Below, in pieces: positions 49,689 to 58,119 of a stretch of DNA of 64,000 nt (its first letter is position 1; every line of letters starts with the position of its first letter). The notes beneath the pieces are model-generated. The model did not search any database. It saw only the letters and a list, made by a program, of their open reading frames with translations, and was not told the DNA's origin. The position numbers and the translations under genes were made by a program. The stretch is from Bacteroidaceae bacterium (lineage in GTDB: Bacteria; Bacteroidota; Bacteroidia; Bacteroidales; Bacteroidaceae), in the NCBI GenBank assembly GCA_017483665.1, contig JAFUVM010000082.1:300-64299 (forward strand), read 5' to 3'.

Positions 49689-51019
49689 TTGCCTGTCAAT
49701 CTCTCTTCTGCTTCCTCGGCCCGTTCGAAATGGAAGTCGTCCCACACGTTTTGCATCAGCGCGGCAATCTGTTCGGTGCAGAGGTTGCCGATGCTGCCCT
49801 CGTGGGTGTGATGCACTTCCTTCTTCGGAACGAACTTCCCGGCTTCGATGTCAAGGCCGACCTTCTTGTAGGCGTCGCGGAAAGGCATTCCCTCCGAAGC
49901 CAGGCGGTTGACTTCCTCGACGGAGAACATGAGGTCGTAGCGCGGGTCGTCGAGGATGTGGCGGTTCACTTCGAGGCGGGCGATGATGTAGGCAGCCATC
50001 TGCAGGCAGTCGCGCAGCTCCTGGAAGGCGGGCAGGAAGACCTCCTTGATGATTTGCAGGTCGCGGAAGTAGCCGCTCGGCAGGTTGTTCATGATGAGCG
50101 TCACCTGCTGGGGCAAAGCCTGGAGCTTGTTGCACTTGGCGCGTGTCAGCTCGAAGACGTCGGGGTTCTTCTTGTGAGGCATGATGCTGGAGCCCGTCGT
50201 ACATTCCTTCGGAAGCTTGATGAAGCCGAAGTTCTGACTGTTGAAGAGGCAGGCGTCGAAGGCAAGCTTGCTGACGGTTCCCGCTATGCCTGCCAGGGCG
50301 AAGGCGACGTTGCGCTCGGTCTTGCCGCGTCCCATCTGGGCGTAGACCACGTTGTAGTCGAGCGAGTCGAAGCCCAGGAGCTCGGTCGTCATCGTCCTGT
50401 TCAGGGGGAACGACGAGCCGTAGCCTGCGGCGGAGCCGAGCGGGTTGCGGTTGGTGATGCGGTAGGCAGCCTGCAACAGGACGAGGTCGTCCACGAGACT
50501 CTCGGCGTAGGCTCCCAGCCAGAGGCCGAAGCTGCTGGGCATCGCCACTTGCAGATGCGTGTAGCCGGGCATCAGCACGTCCTTGTAGCGCTCGCTCTGC
50601 CGCTGCAGTTCTGTGAAGAGACTCTTGACGTCCTCAGCCACGAGGCGCAGCTGACGGCGGATGAACAGCTTCAGGTCCACCAGCACCTGGTCGTTGCGAC
50701 TGCGTCCGGAGTGTATCTTCTTCCCCATGTCGCCGAGCCGGCGGGTGAGCATCAGCTCGACCTGCGAGTGCACATCCTCGATGCCGTCCTCTATGACGAA
50801 CCGCCCTTCCCTGACTTCCGAGAGGATGTTCCGCAGTTCGGCCAGCAGCTTCTGCAGTTCTTCTTTCTCGAGGAGTCCGATGCTCTCGAGCATTGTGATG
50901 TGTGCCATCGAGCCGAGCACGTCGGCCTCGGCCAGGTACATGTCCATCTCGCGGTCGCGTCCGACGGTGAAACGCTCGATTTCCGACGCTATCTCATATC
51001 CTTTATCCCAAAGCTTCAT
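49685..51019 (-). CDS. argH: Argininosuccinate lyase
   Basis: HSGRSRNDQV..MPGYTHLQVAMP..GSSIMPHKKNPD is the fumarate-lyase signature. Confidence 0.95.
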   Translation of the reverse strand: MKLWDKGYEIASEIERFTVGRDREMDMYLAEADVLGSMAHITMLESIGLLEKEELQKLLAELRNILSEVREGRFVIEDGIEDVHSQVELMLTRRLGDMGKKIHSGRSRNDQVLVDLKLFIRRQLRLVAEDVKSLFTELQRQSERYKDVLMPGYTHLQVAMPSSFGLWLGAYAESLVDDLVLLQAAYRITNRNPLGSAAGYGSSFPLNRTMTTELLGFDSLDYNVVYAQMGRGKTERNVAFALAGIAGTVSKLAFDACLFNSQNFGFIKLPKECTTGSSIMPHKKNPDVFELTRAKCNKLQALPQQVTLIMNNLPSGYFRDLQIIKEVFLPAFQELRDCLQMAAYIIARLEVNRHILDDPRYDLMFSVEEVNRLASEGMPFRDAYKKVGLDIEAGKFVPKKEVHHTHEGSIGNLCTEQIAALMQNVWDDFHFERAEEAEERLTGK

Positions 51020-51022
51020 ATA

Positions 51023-51129
51023 AAAGTTAAAATGTTAAAGAGTTGAAGAGTTGAAGAGTTGAAAAGGGTAAAAACATTGAAAGGTGAATCTCTTTTTACC
51101 TTTTCACCTTTTTACCTTTTCACCTTTTA
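51023..51129. repeat. GTTGAAGA/GGTAAAAG tandem with inverted right arm
   Basis: aagttaaaatgttaaagagttgaagagttgaagagttgaaaagggtaaaaac...ctttttaccttttcacctttttaccttttcacctttt. Confidence 0.85.
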
Positions 51130-51609
51130 TTAGTACGGCAGGCTTGCCAGCATTTGTGCCAGGCCGTCGACGCCCTGCTCGAGCTTCTTCCCCACCATTT
51201 GTCTGATGAAGAAGTTGAGGTCGGCCTTGAGGGTGAGACGCATGGCGCACTCGCTGTCGCCCGAGGGCAGGAGCTGAATCCACATGTTGGCAGCTACGGG
51301 CATCCCCTCGGCTGCGAACTTGATGGTCTTGTCCGGCTCGCGTTCGATGATGCGCAGCGTGGCTGTTCCTATCGGGGTGTTGCCCGAGACGCTGTCTCTG
51401 TCGAACTGCAGCTCGCGCAGCTTCTCCACGATCTGCTCCACTTGTTCAGGCTTCACCTTGTCGCCGGCTTGCTGCTTGATGCGCTCCATCGCCTCGGGGT
51501 TGTCAAGCCCCTGCTGTATGACGGCCAGGTTGTTGAGGTCGGACAGGCGCTCGTAGACGCGTCCGATGGGAGCGTATATCTTCTTTACTTCGCTTTTGTA
51601 TTCAGTCAT
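51130..51609 (-). CDS. SRPBCC-superfamily (CoxG-like) protein
   Basis: 159-aa ORF with GC-ending codons. The alternating helix/strand pattern ending in an amphipathic helix fits SRPBCC; this is a weak by-eye call. Confidence 0.65.
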   Translation of the reverse strand: MTEYKSEVKKIYAPIGRVYERLSDLNNLAVIQQGLDNPEAMERIKQQAGDKVKPEQVEQIVEKLRELQFDRDSVSGNTPIGTATLRIIEREPDKTIKFAAEGMPVAANMWIQLLPSGDSECAMRLTLKADLNFFIRQMVGKKLEQGVDGLAQMLASLPY

Positions 51610-51613
51610 CTCG

Positions 51614-51790
51614 CATTTACCATTTAATCATTTACCATTTACCATTTATGTCCTCCCCTTTGGGGGAGTTAGATAGGGGCCTTCCATTTATGTCCTCCCC
51701 CTTGGGGGAGTTAGAGAGGGGCCTTCTGTTTATGTCCTCCCCTTTGGGGGAGTTAGAGGGGGGCCGAGGGCGTTAGAGGGGGGCCTTCCA
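51614..51790. repeat. Tandem array of ~42-bp palindrome-containing units, preceded by a CATTTAC tandem
   Basis: Three units of atttatgtcctcccctttgggggagttagaKaggggccttcc plus a partial unit. The last unit contains the pyrE stop codon. Confidence 0.9.
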
Positions 51791-52414
51791 GTTTGCCGGG
51801 TCTTTGCGCCACTCGTGGAGGGTCGGTATGTCTGCTTCCTTGATGTAACCTGTCTTGAGGGCTTCGGTCACGACGGCTTCGTAGTTGGTCAGGGTGACGA
51901 GCTTGACGCCGGCGGCGCGGAAGGCTTCTTCGGCAACAGGGAAACCGTATGTGTAGGAAGCCACCATGCCGATCACTTCGCAACCTGCTTCCCTCAGGGC
52001 TTCAACGGCCTTGAGGCTGCTGCCGCCCGTGCTGATGAGGTCCTCTACGACCACTACCTTCATGCCGGCCCTCAGCTCGCCTTCGATGAGGTTCGCCATG
52101 CCGTGGTCCTTTGGCTTGCTGCGGACGTAGGCAAAGGGAAGAGAGAGAGCATCGGCCACCAGAGCGCCCTGCGCAATGGCACCCGTAGCTACGCCTGCCA
52201 CACCTTCAGCCTCGGGGAACTGCTCCATGACGAGGCGCGTCAGCTCCACCTTGACGAAACTGCGCAGACCGGGGAAGGAGAGTGTCTTGCGGTTGTCGCA
52301 ATAGAAAGGACTCTTCCAGCCGCTTGCCCATGTAAAAGGGTTCGTCGGCTGCAACTTGATAGCTTTCACTTCGAGCAGCTTAGCTGCAAAGATTGATTCA
52401 ACGTTGTGTGTCAT
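51773..52414 (-). CDS. pyrE: Orotate phosphoribosyltransferase
   Basis: Start at MTHNVESIFAAKLLEVKAIKL. Motifs: FTWASGWKSPFYCDNR..VVVEDLISTGGSS (PRPP motif). Confidence 0.93.
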   Translation of the reverse strand: MTHNVESIFAAKLLEVKAIKLQPTNPFTWASGWKSPFYCDNRKTLSFPGLRSFVKVELTRLVMEQFPEAEGVAGVATGAIAQGALVADALSLPFAYVRSKPKDHGMANLIEGELRAGMKVVVVEDLISTGGSSLKAVEALREAGCEVIGMVASYTYGFPVAEEAFRAAGVKLVTLTNYEAVVTEALKTGYIKEADIPTLHEWRKDPANWKAPL

Positions 52415-52421
52415 ATTGATA

Positions 52422-53843
52422 TTATTGTTTGATGTAGTCCGTATAGATAGGGTTGCCCTTGCCTCCGAAGCAGTTGCAGGGACGCACGGCAAAGCGGTAG
52501 GCAAAGTCCCCCGGCAGTTCGCCTTCGCCGTAGACGCAGCGCACTTCGCCCTCTTCCTTGTTCTCGCCGAGGTAGCACTTAGGGGAGAAGACGCGCTTTG
52601 TCGACGTGACGTGACGCACATCGAGCCAGTCGTACTCCACCTGCACCTCGTAGTCGAAGGCGCGGACGCCCGTGTTCTTCTTCAGAACCGTTGGGAAGTG
52701 GACCGTCACCTGCTTCTGCGACGTGCCGTAGCGGTCGGTGCCTGTGCCAGTGGTGACAGTTGGCTTCGTGCCTGCAGGGAACTGCGGGATGGCGGCAGTC
52801 TTGGCGCGGTTTTCGAAGGAGAGCGGCTGTGTTGCCGAGATGGGCCAGGGCAGATACCACGGTTCGCCGATGGGTTCGTCGTAGACAAACTCGCGCTTCT
52901 CGAACGTGATGGCCGAGTCGTAGACACGCATCACCATGCCCTGCCGACCGTCCGACGGGTCCATCTTCGGCATCTGCGAGGGTGGCTTTGCCGACCAGTC
53001 GTCCTGATAAGTGTTCTCGCGGGCTGGCATCGGGTAGAGATATTTGAGCGACGAGGTGCCGATGCTCGTGAAGCTGCCTTGCCAGAGGTCGCGGTCGTCG
53101 TCGAGGGGCGAGTGGGAGTGACCCGAGAAGGCCACGGCGTTGGGGTACTCAGCCAGAAGCTTCGTCACGGTTCCGTCGTCGCGTCCCCAAGCCCAGGCGC
53201 AGTTGCAGGTGTCCTTGGGGTGCGGATGCTGGATGTAGAAGAAGGGCCGTCCGTCGGCAGTCAGTTCGGCGTTGTGCTTCTTGAGGAAGTCGGCAAGGCC
53301 GGAGATGTGGTTTTGGTTCTCCCAATGCGCACCGATGAAGTGGTAGCCTTTGACGGTCTTCATCCAAAGGGGCTGGTAGTCTTCCTTGAAGCATTGCTTC
53401 CAGGCTTCGGCCGGACGCTTGCCGATGCCTTGCGCCTCGGCAGTCTCCTTGCCCACGCTGCTGATGGTGCCGCCCCAGGTATAGGCCTCCATGTCGTGGT
53501 TGCCATAGATGAAAAGCTTCTCCGTCCGTTTCCCGTCGAGTCCTTTGTTCTTGGGGAAGACCTGGAACCAGGCGTTCGCTACGACCTGCAGCTGCGGCAT
53601 GAGTCCTTGGTCAGCCATGTCGCCGGCGATGATGACGCCGTCCACTTTCTGCTGCCGGAAGTATTCGAGGGTGTGGATGAACGTGGCGGCTGTGTCGGCT
53701 CCTCGCAGGTGGATGTCGCTGACGATGCCTATCACGAGGTTCGGTTCGCCCAGCGTCGCGATGGTCTCGGCCAGGGCGGGCGTGCCCAAACAGGCTGCAC
53801 CGGCCAAGGCTGTGGAGCGCTGAAGGAATTCTCTTCGGTTCAT
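52422..53843 (-). CDS. TAT-exported calcineurin-like metallophosphoesterase
   Basis: Start at MNRREFLQRSTALAGAACLG. Motifs: VSDIHL..IIAGDMAD..YGNHD..GHSH. The C-terminal beta-rich domain is unassigned. Confidence 0.85.
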   Translation of the reverse strand: MNRREFLQRSTALAGAACLGTPALAETIATLGEPNLVIGIVSDIHLRGADTAATFIHTLEYFRQQKVDGVIIAGDMADQGLMPQLQVVANAWFQVFPKNKGLDGKRTEKLFIYGNHDMEAYTWGGTISSVGKETAEAQGIGKRPAEAWKQCFKEDYQPLWMKTVKGYHFIGAHWENQNHISGLADFLKKHNAELTADGRPFFYIQHPHPKDTCNCAWAWGRDDGTVTKLLAEYPNAVAFSGHSHSPLDDDRDLWQGSFTSIGTSSLKYLYPMPARENTYQDDWSAKPPSQMPKMDPSDGRQGMVMRVYDSAITFEKREFVYDEPIGEPWYLPWPISATQPLSFENRAKTAAIPQFPAGTKPTVTTGTGTDRYGTSQKQVTVHFPTVLKKNTGVRAFDYEVQVEYDWLDVRHVTSTKRVFSPKCYLGENKEEGEVRCVYGEGELPGDFAYRFAVRPCNCFGGKGNPIYTDYIKQ

Positions 53844-53992
53844 GTTCTGTGTAGCTTTGAACGATGATACAAAGGTAGGAAATAAAAACGAATGCTGCAA
53901 GGAAACATACTTTGATTTTCCGCTATTGGACACAAAACGCAAAACAACGTTAAAAAAAGCGACACGTTGCTTGCCGTATGCTGTTTTTTCTA

Positions 53993-54000
53993 TATCTTTG
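53993..54000 (+). promoter_or_regulatory. -7 box TATCTTTG just upstream of the small Cys/His ORF
   Basis: TAnnTTTG match ending 4 nt before ATG 54005, which would imply a near-leaderless transcript. Confidence 0.4.
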
Positions 54001-54004
54001 CAAC

Positions 54005-54349
54005 ATGAATCCTGTGACGAAGAGACATATAGCAGCGTGGTTGCTGTTGGCAGTCTACCTGCCGATGCTCCTCCTTTCGTCGTTGCATACCCACGAGGCA
54101 TCGCAGGAAACGGAACAGGCCTGCACCGAGTGCGTACACCACCAGTGCCAAGGTCATCTCGTTCAGCTTTCCGACGGGATGCACCAATGTGTGCTGTGCC
54201 AAATCCTCACGTTGACGTACATCACCGCCGTCGCCGGGATGTTGCTTTGTTATCAAACCCGCCGGAAGGTTGTCTATGCTGTGCGCCGGCGGGAAGTCTC
54301 TACGGCTTGCCTCTATGGATTCTGTCTTCGTGCTCCTCCTGTTGCCTGA
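54005..54349 (+). CDS. Small Cys/His-rich membrane protein (DUF2946-like?) preceding a TonB-dependent receptor
   Basis: MNPVTKRHIAAWLLLAVYLPMLLLSSLHTHE..CTECVHHQCQGH..HQCVLCQ.. plus a second TM segment. An alternative start exists at 53978. Confidence 0.55.
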   Translation: MNPVTKRHIAAWLLLAVYLPMLLLSSLHTHEASQETEQACTECVHHQCQGHLVQLSDGMHQCVLCQILTLTYITAVAGMLLCYQTRRKVVYAVRRREVSTACLYGFCLRAPPVA

Positions 54350-54482
54350 AGAAGGATGACGGTCTTCCGTCCCTTTCCGGTTTTCAAACAGTCATTTATT
54401 ATCATCAGGCAACGCTCCCGCCTGCCCACGCATGTGGCTTGGGGCGGAAGACATGCTGTTATTAAACAGGAGAACAAGTATT

Positions 54483-56717
54483 ATGAAACACATTATTGTA
54501 TATATAGGAGTCTGCCTGTGGGCGGTCTCCATGTCGGTCTCGGCCCAGCAGGAGCACCGGCACAGCGATTGCATAGAAGACAGCATCAACCCGATGAAGG
54601 AAGCCATCCTGAGCGAAGTGACGGTGCAAGGCGTGGCGGGTACGCAAAGACTGAAGGATGCGGCCTCGCCCTTCGTAGTCGTCTCGCCCAAGCTCTTGCA
54701 CCAGAGCGTCGGCACAAACATCGTGGATGCTGTGGGACACCTGCCCGGACTGTCGCAGATAAGCACGGGAACAGGCATCTCGAAGCCCGTCATCCGTGGC
54801 CTGGGCTACAACAGAGTGGTCATCGTCGACCAGGGAATCCGTCAGGAAGGCCAGCAATGGGGCGACGAACACGGCCTTGAAGTCGACGAGCAGGGCGTGC
54901 ATTCGGTGGAGGTACTCAAGGGTCCGGCCTCGCTCATGTACGGCAGCGACGCCATTGCCGGCGTGATGATACTGCACCCCGAGCGCCCGCTGGAGGAAGG
55001 AACGATGCAGGTGAAGGTGGGCGGCCAGTACCAGTCGAACAACGGTCTCTACGACTATCACGTAGGCTTTGCGGGCAACGTCGGCGGATGGCTTTGGAAC
55101 TGGCACTTCCTCGACAAGGCGGCGCATTGCTACAAGAACAGCACCGACGGCTACGTGCCCGGCTCGTGGTTCAAGGAGCGCGACGTGCAGGGCATGCTGG
55201 GCGTCAACAAATCCTGGGGACACGCGTGGCTCCGTTTCTCGCACGTCAACTTTACGCCAGGCATCACGGAGGGCGAACGTGCCGACGATGAGTACGTCAG
55301 CGAACATCCCGGCACGCGGCTGGGCGACCTCGTCTGGGAGGAAGGTGCGTCGGCTTGCAGCTACGGCAGGCAGATGCCCTTTCAGAAAGTGCTGCACACG
55401 AAGGTGGTGAGCGACAATGCCTGGTACTTCGGGCCTGGCACGCTGAAGGCCGTCGTCGGCTACCAGCAGAACTTCCGCAGGGAATACGAGGCGGAGGGCG
55501 ACGAGCCGACCGACTGGGATGCACTCGAACCGGCGCTGGCTATGCGTCTGCACACCGTGAACTACGACGTCAAGTACCAGCATTCGCTGCCCCACGACTG
55601 GAAGCTGCAGACGGGCATCGGCGGCATGTGGCAAAGGAACATCAACCAGGGCGAGGAGTACCTCATTCCCGACCATCATCTCTTCGACATCGGCTTCTTC
55701 GCCACGGCGGGCTGGCAGCTGGATAAATGGCACTTCTCCGGAGGCGCGCGCATCGACAACCGTCACCTCAACACCTCTTCGCTGATGGAGGACGGCAGGC
55801 TCCGCTTCGATGCCCTGAGCAAGAACTTCACGGGCGTGACGGGGAGCCTGGGCGTCGTCTGGAACGTGACCGACAGGCTGAACCTGCGACTGAATGCGGC
55901 CCGAGGGTTCCGTGCGCCGACCGTGAGCGAACTTTCTGCCAACGGCGTACACGAAGGGAGCGTCCAGTACGAGCTGGGCAATGCCGGGCTGAAGGCAGAG
56001 AAAAGCATGCAGATTGACTTGGGCGTGGACTATACGTCGCACTTCGTGAGCTTCCAGGCCTCGCTCTTCTCCAACTGGATCGACGACTACATCTTCCTTG
56101 CGCGACTGCCTTACGAGACCGACGGCTACCGCACCTATCAGTACCAGCAGGGCGACGCACGGCTCATGGGCGGCGAGGCTTCGCTCGACATCCATCCCGT
56201 CAACCCCCTGCACATCCAGAACTCCTTCTGCTATGTGCGAGGGACCTTCTCTGACTCCCAGCCCCCCTCTAACTCCCCCTTAGAGGGGGAGGACCCCCTT
56301 CCTTTAAGGGAGGGTTGGGGAGGGTCTCTGCCCTTGATGCCTGCCCCGCGATGGACTTGCAACGTGCGCTATGAGCTTCCCGATTTTGCCCGCGGACACT
56401 TGCGCCGCACCTATATCTCAGCAGGGATGGAATACAACTTCAGGCAGAACAAGTTCTTTGCACGCGACGATACGGAGACAGCGACGCCTGGCTATGCGCT
56501 TTTCGACCTGTCGTTGGGCACAGACCTGCACGTCTTCGGACACAACTGCATCGAGATTGCCGTCTCCTGCCAAAACCTCTTCGACAAGGTTTACCAGCCG
56601 CACCTCTCCCGCCTGAAGTACACCGACACCAACCTCCTGACGGGCAGGCAAGGCGTCTCGGCTATGGGCAGGAACTTCTGCGTCAAGGTCAACGTCCCCA
56701 TCGACATTCACCTGTAA
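54483..56717 (+). CDS. TonB-dependent receptor with in-frame palindromic insertion
   Basis: Start at MKHIIVYIGVCLWAVSMSVSA. Plug: VTVQG..SKPVIRGLGYNRVVIVDQGIRQEGQQWGDEHG. C-terminal barrel. The segment SQPPSNSPLEGEDPLPLREGWGGS is repeat-encoded. Confidence 0.9.
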   Translation: MKHIIVYIGVCLWAVSMSVSAQQEHRHSDCIEDSINPMKEAILSEVTVQGVAGTQRLKDAASPFVVVSPKLLHQSVGTNIVDAVGHLPGLSQISTGTGISKPVIRGLGYNRVVIVDQGIRQEGQQWGDEHGLEVDEQGVHSVEVLKGPASLMYGSDAIAGVMILHPERPLEEGTMQVKVGGQYQSNNGLYDYHVGFAGNVGGWLWNWHFLDKAAHCYKNSTDGYVPGSWFKERDVQGMLGVNKSWGHAWLRFSHVNFTPGITEGERADDEYVSEHPGTRLGDLVWEEGASACSYGRQMPFQKVLHTKVVSDNAWYFGPGTLKAVVGYQQNFRREYEAEGDEPTDWDALEPALAMRLHTVNYDVKYQHSLPHDWKLQTGIGGMWQRNINQGEEYLIPDHHLFDIGFFATAGWQLDKWHFSGGARIDNRHLNTSSLMEDGRLRFDALSKNFTGVTGSLGVVWNVTDRLNLRLNAARGFRAPTVSELSANGVHEGSVQYELGNAGLKAEKSMQIDLGVDYTSHFVSFQASLFSNWIDDYIFLARLPYETDGYRTYQYQQGDARLMGGEASLDIHPVNPLHIQNSFCYVRGTFSDSQPPSNSPLEGEDPLPLREGWGGSLPLMPAPRWTCNVRYELPDFARGHLRRTYISAGMEYNFRQNKFFARDDTETATPGYALFDLSLGTDLHVFGHNCIEIAVSCQNLFDKVYQPHLSRLKYTDTNLLTGRQGVSAMGRNFCVKVNVPIDIHL
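56258..56328. repeat. Two adjacent palindromic units inside the TonB-dependent receptor gene
   Basis: cccagcccccctctaactcccccttagagggggaggacccccttcctttaagggagggttggggagggtc. Confidence 0.85.
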
Positions 56718-56722
56718 TACAA

Positions 56723-57829
56723 TCAGGAAAATGCCTCCACCTCGGCGGAGTAGTGGCCGTAGACGTACTCCACGACCATGCGCCCGAAGCGCCCTTGTTC
56801 GGCAACGAGACAGGAGATGAGTCCCATCGTCCAGCGCCAGTTGACCTCGATGCACGGGCAGATGCCCTCCCGGGCCAGCATCATGTCGATGCCTACGGGC
56901 CCTTCGTAGTCGAACCTCTTCAGACGTTCTTCCCACCAGCGGCGTATCTCCTGCAGATACTGCAAGGGGACGTACTGTGCCAGCCAAGCGAGCTTCTGTC
57001 CCTCGGGAGCCACCCAGTTGCCCAGGTACGCGCCCCGTTCGTTGGTATAGAAGAGCGACAGTCCCCGATACTCCACGCCGCCCTGTCCGTCGAGCCAGAA
57101 CTCCAGGGCAAAGTCGGCCACCTTGTGAAGGTATCGCTCCACGACGAGGGAATGACCCTCTCCCGAAACTCTTGGACCCTCTCGCCCAAGACCAACCGGA
57201 CCCTCTCCCAACCTCTCCCTTGTAGGGAGAGGAGTGGTTACATTATGTCCCTCAACGGGTCTGTCTGTATCTGCTCCTCTCCCTGCAAGGGAGAGGTTGG
57301 GAGAGGGTTCAAGAGCTTCGGGAGAGGATCCAAGAGCTTCGGGAGAGGGTCTTCTCCTTAGCCCCCTTCCGCTGCTGCTCCAAGGCTGCTTCAGCATCGC
57401 TTCGCCGTATCTGTCGACGGCCTCCTCCACTTCCTCCTTGGTCTTGCAAAGCGTGCTCTCTCCGCAGATGTGCCCGTCGAGGGGCAACTGCTCGCGGAGC
57501 TCGGCGAGCAAGGCCACGGCCGTCTGCCTGTGCGAAAGCTGACGGATGTGCTCGAGCCTCTGCGCCGAGGGCAACAGCGACTCGCGGACGCCTGCCTGCC
57601 TGAGCTGGTGACGGATGGCAGGACTCCAGCCCCACGGCAGAATCTTTGCGTCGTCGGGCAGCGAGAGCCGGTCCTCGCCGTTCCAGACGATGTCGTCGTC
57701 TCCGGCCCACCACTGCGGCAGCCACCAGAGTTCGCGCCGCATCTGCTGTATCCGTGCGGGCGGCGTATAGCCGGGCTTCCCGTCGGCCAGCGCCATGTCG
57801 TTCTCGGGATTGAAGATGTATAAAGTCAA
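56723..57829 (-). CDS. ATP-grasp-like protein (tentative) with ~200-bp composite repeat insertion
   Basis: TTG start at 57829 (LTLYIFNPENDMALADG..). Motifs: MLKQPWSSSGRGL..VVERYL..GPVGIDMML. The central ~65 aa (PSPEALGSSPEALEPSPNLSLAGRG..) are repeat-encoded. Confidence 0.75.
   Translation of the reverse strand: MTLYIFNPENDMALADGKPGYTPPARIQQMRRELWWLPQWWAGDDDIVWNGEDRLSLPDDAKILPWGWSPAIRHQLRQAGVRESLLPSAQRLEHIRQLSHRQTAVALLAELREQLPLDGHICGESTLCKTKEEVEEAVDRYGEAMLKQPWSSSGRGLRRRPSPEALGSSPEALEPSPNLSLAGRGADTDRPVEGHNVTTPLPTRERLGEGPVGLGREGPRVSGEGHSLVVERYLHKVADFALEFWLDGQGGVEYRGLSLFYTNERGAYLGNWVAPEGQKLAWLAQYVPLQYLQEIRRWWEERLKRFDYEGPVGIDMMLAREGICPCIEVNWRWTMGLISCLVAEQGRFGRMVVEYVYGHYSAEVEAFS
57155..57360. repeat. 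Composite of palindromes (CTCTCCCttgtaGGGAGAG, CTCTCCCtgcaaGGGAGAG), GACCCTCTCCC words in both orientations, and an 18-bp tandem
   Basis: Read directly: three direct GACCCTCTC words at 57155-57210, two inverted GGGAGAGGGT words at 57300-57350, and caagagcttcgggagagg x2. Confidence 0.85.
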
Positions 57830-57997
57830 GGGATGTATGTTTTATTGTCGTCAGTAGATGATGGAAAGCGGACTGTAGCCCGTCCCGGTTCGGGTATTCC
57901 CCTGCAAAAGTACGACAATTATTGCTACTCTCCAAATTGTAAAAGGGAAAATGCACGGTATGTTCTCCTTCGGCACACAGAGTAAAAGTCCGCGCCC

Positions 57998-58108
57998 CGT
58001 GCCATAAAACTATTTCAAAGGCTTGGAAATATATTTTAGTGCCTCTGAAATATATTTCCAAGCCTTTGAAATATATTTCCGTGCCACTGAAAAAGTTTTT
58101 GTCTGCGA
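57998..58108 (-). repeat. GGAAATATATTT array element, copy 4 (orientation B)
   Basis: ccataaaactatttcaaaggcttggaaatatattttagtgcctctgaaatatatttccaagcctttgaaatatatttccgtgccactgaaaaagtttttg. Confidence 0.9.
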
Positions 58109-58119
58109 GGTGTGAACTT

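Noticed and set aside
51614-51790. Possible CRISPR array, considered for the regularly repeated palindromic units here and at 12910-12995 and 27415-27543.
   Set aside because: The units are contiguous with no unique spacers between them. The unit lengths (22 and ~42 bp, head-to-tail) do not fit a repeat-spacer periodicity. No cas genes are in the window.
54350-54482. Possible riboswitch (for example cobalamin) in the leader of the TonB-dependent receptor.
   Set aside because: I could not find a B12-box-like GCCACTG core or other conserved riboswitch sequence by eye. A covariance-model scan would be needed to exclude one.
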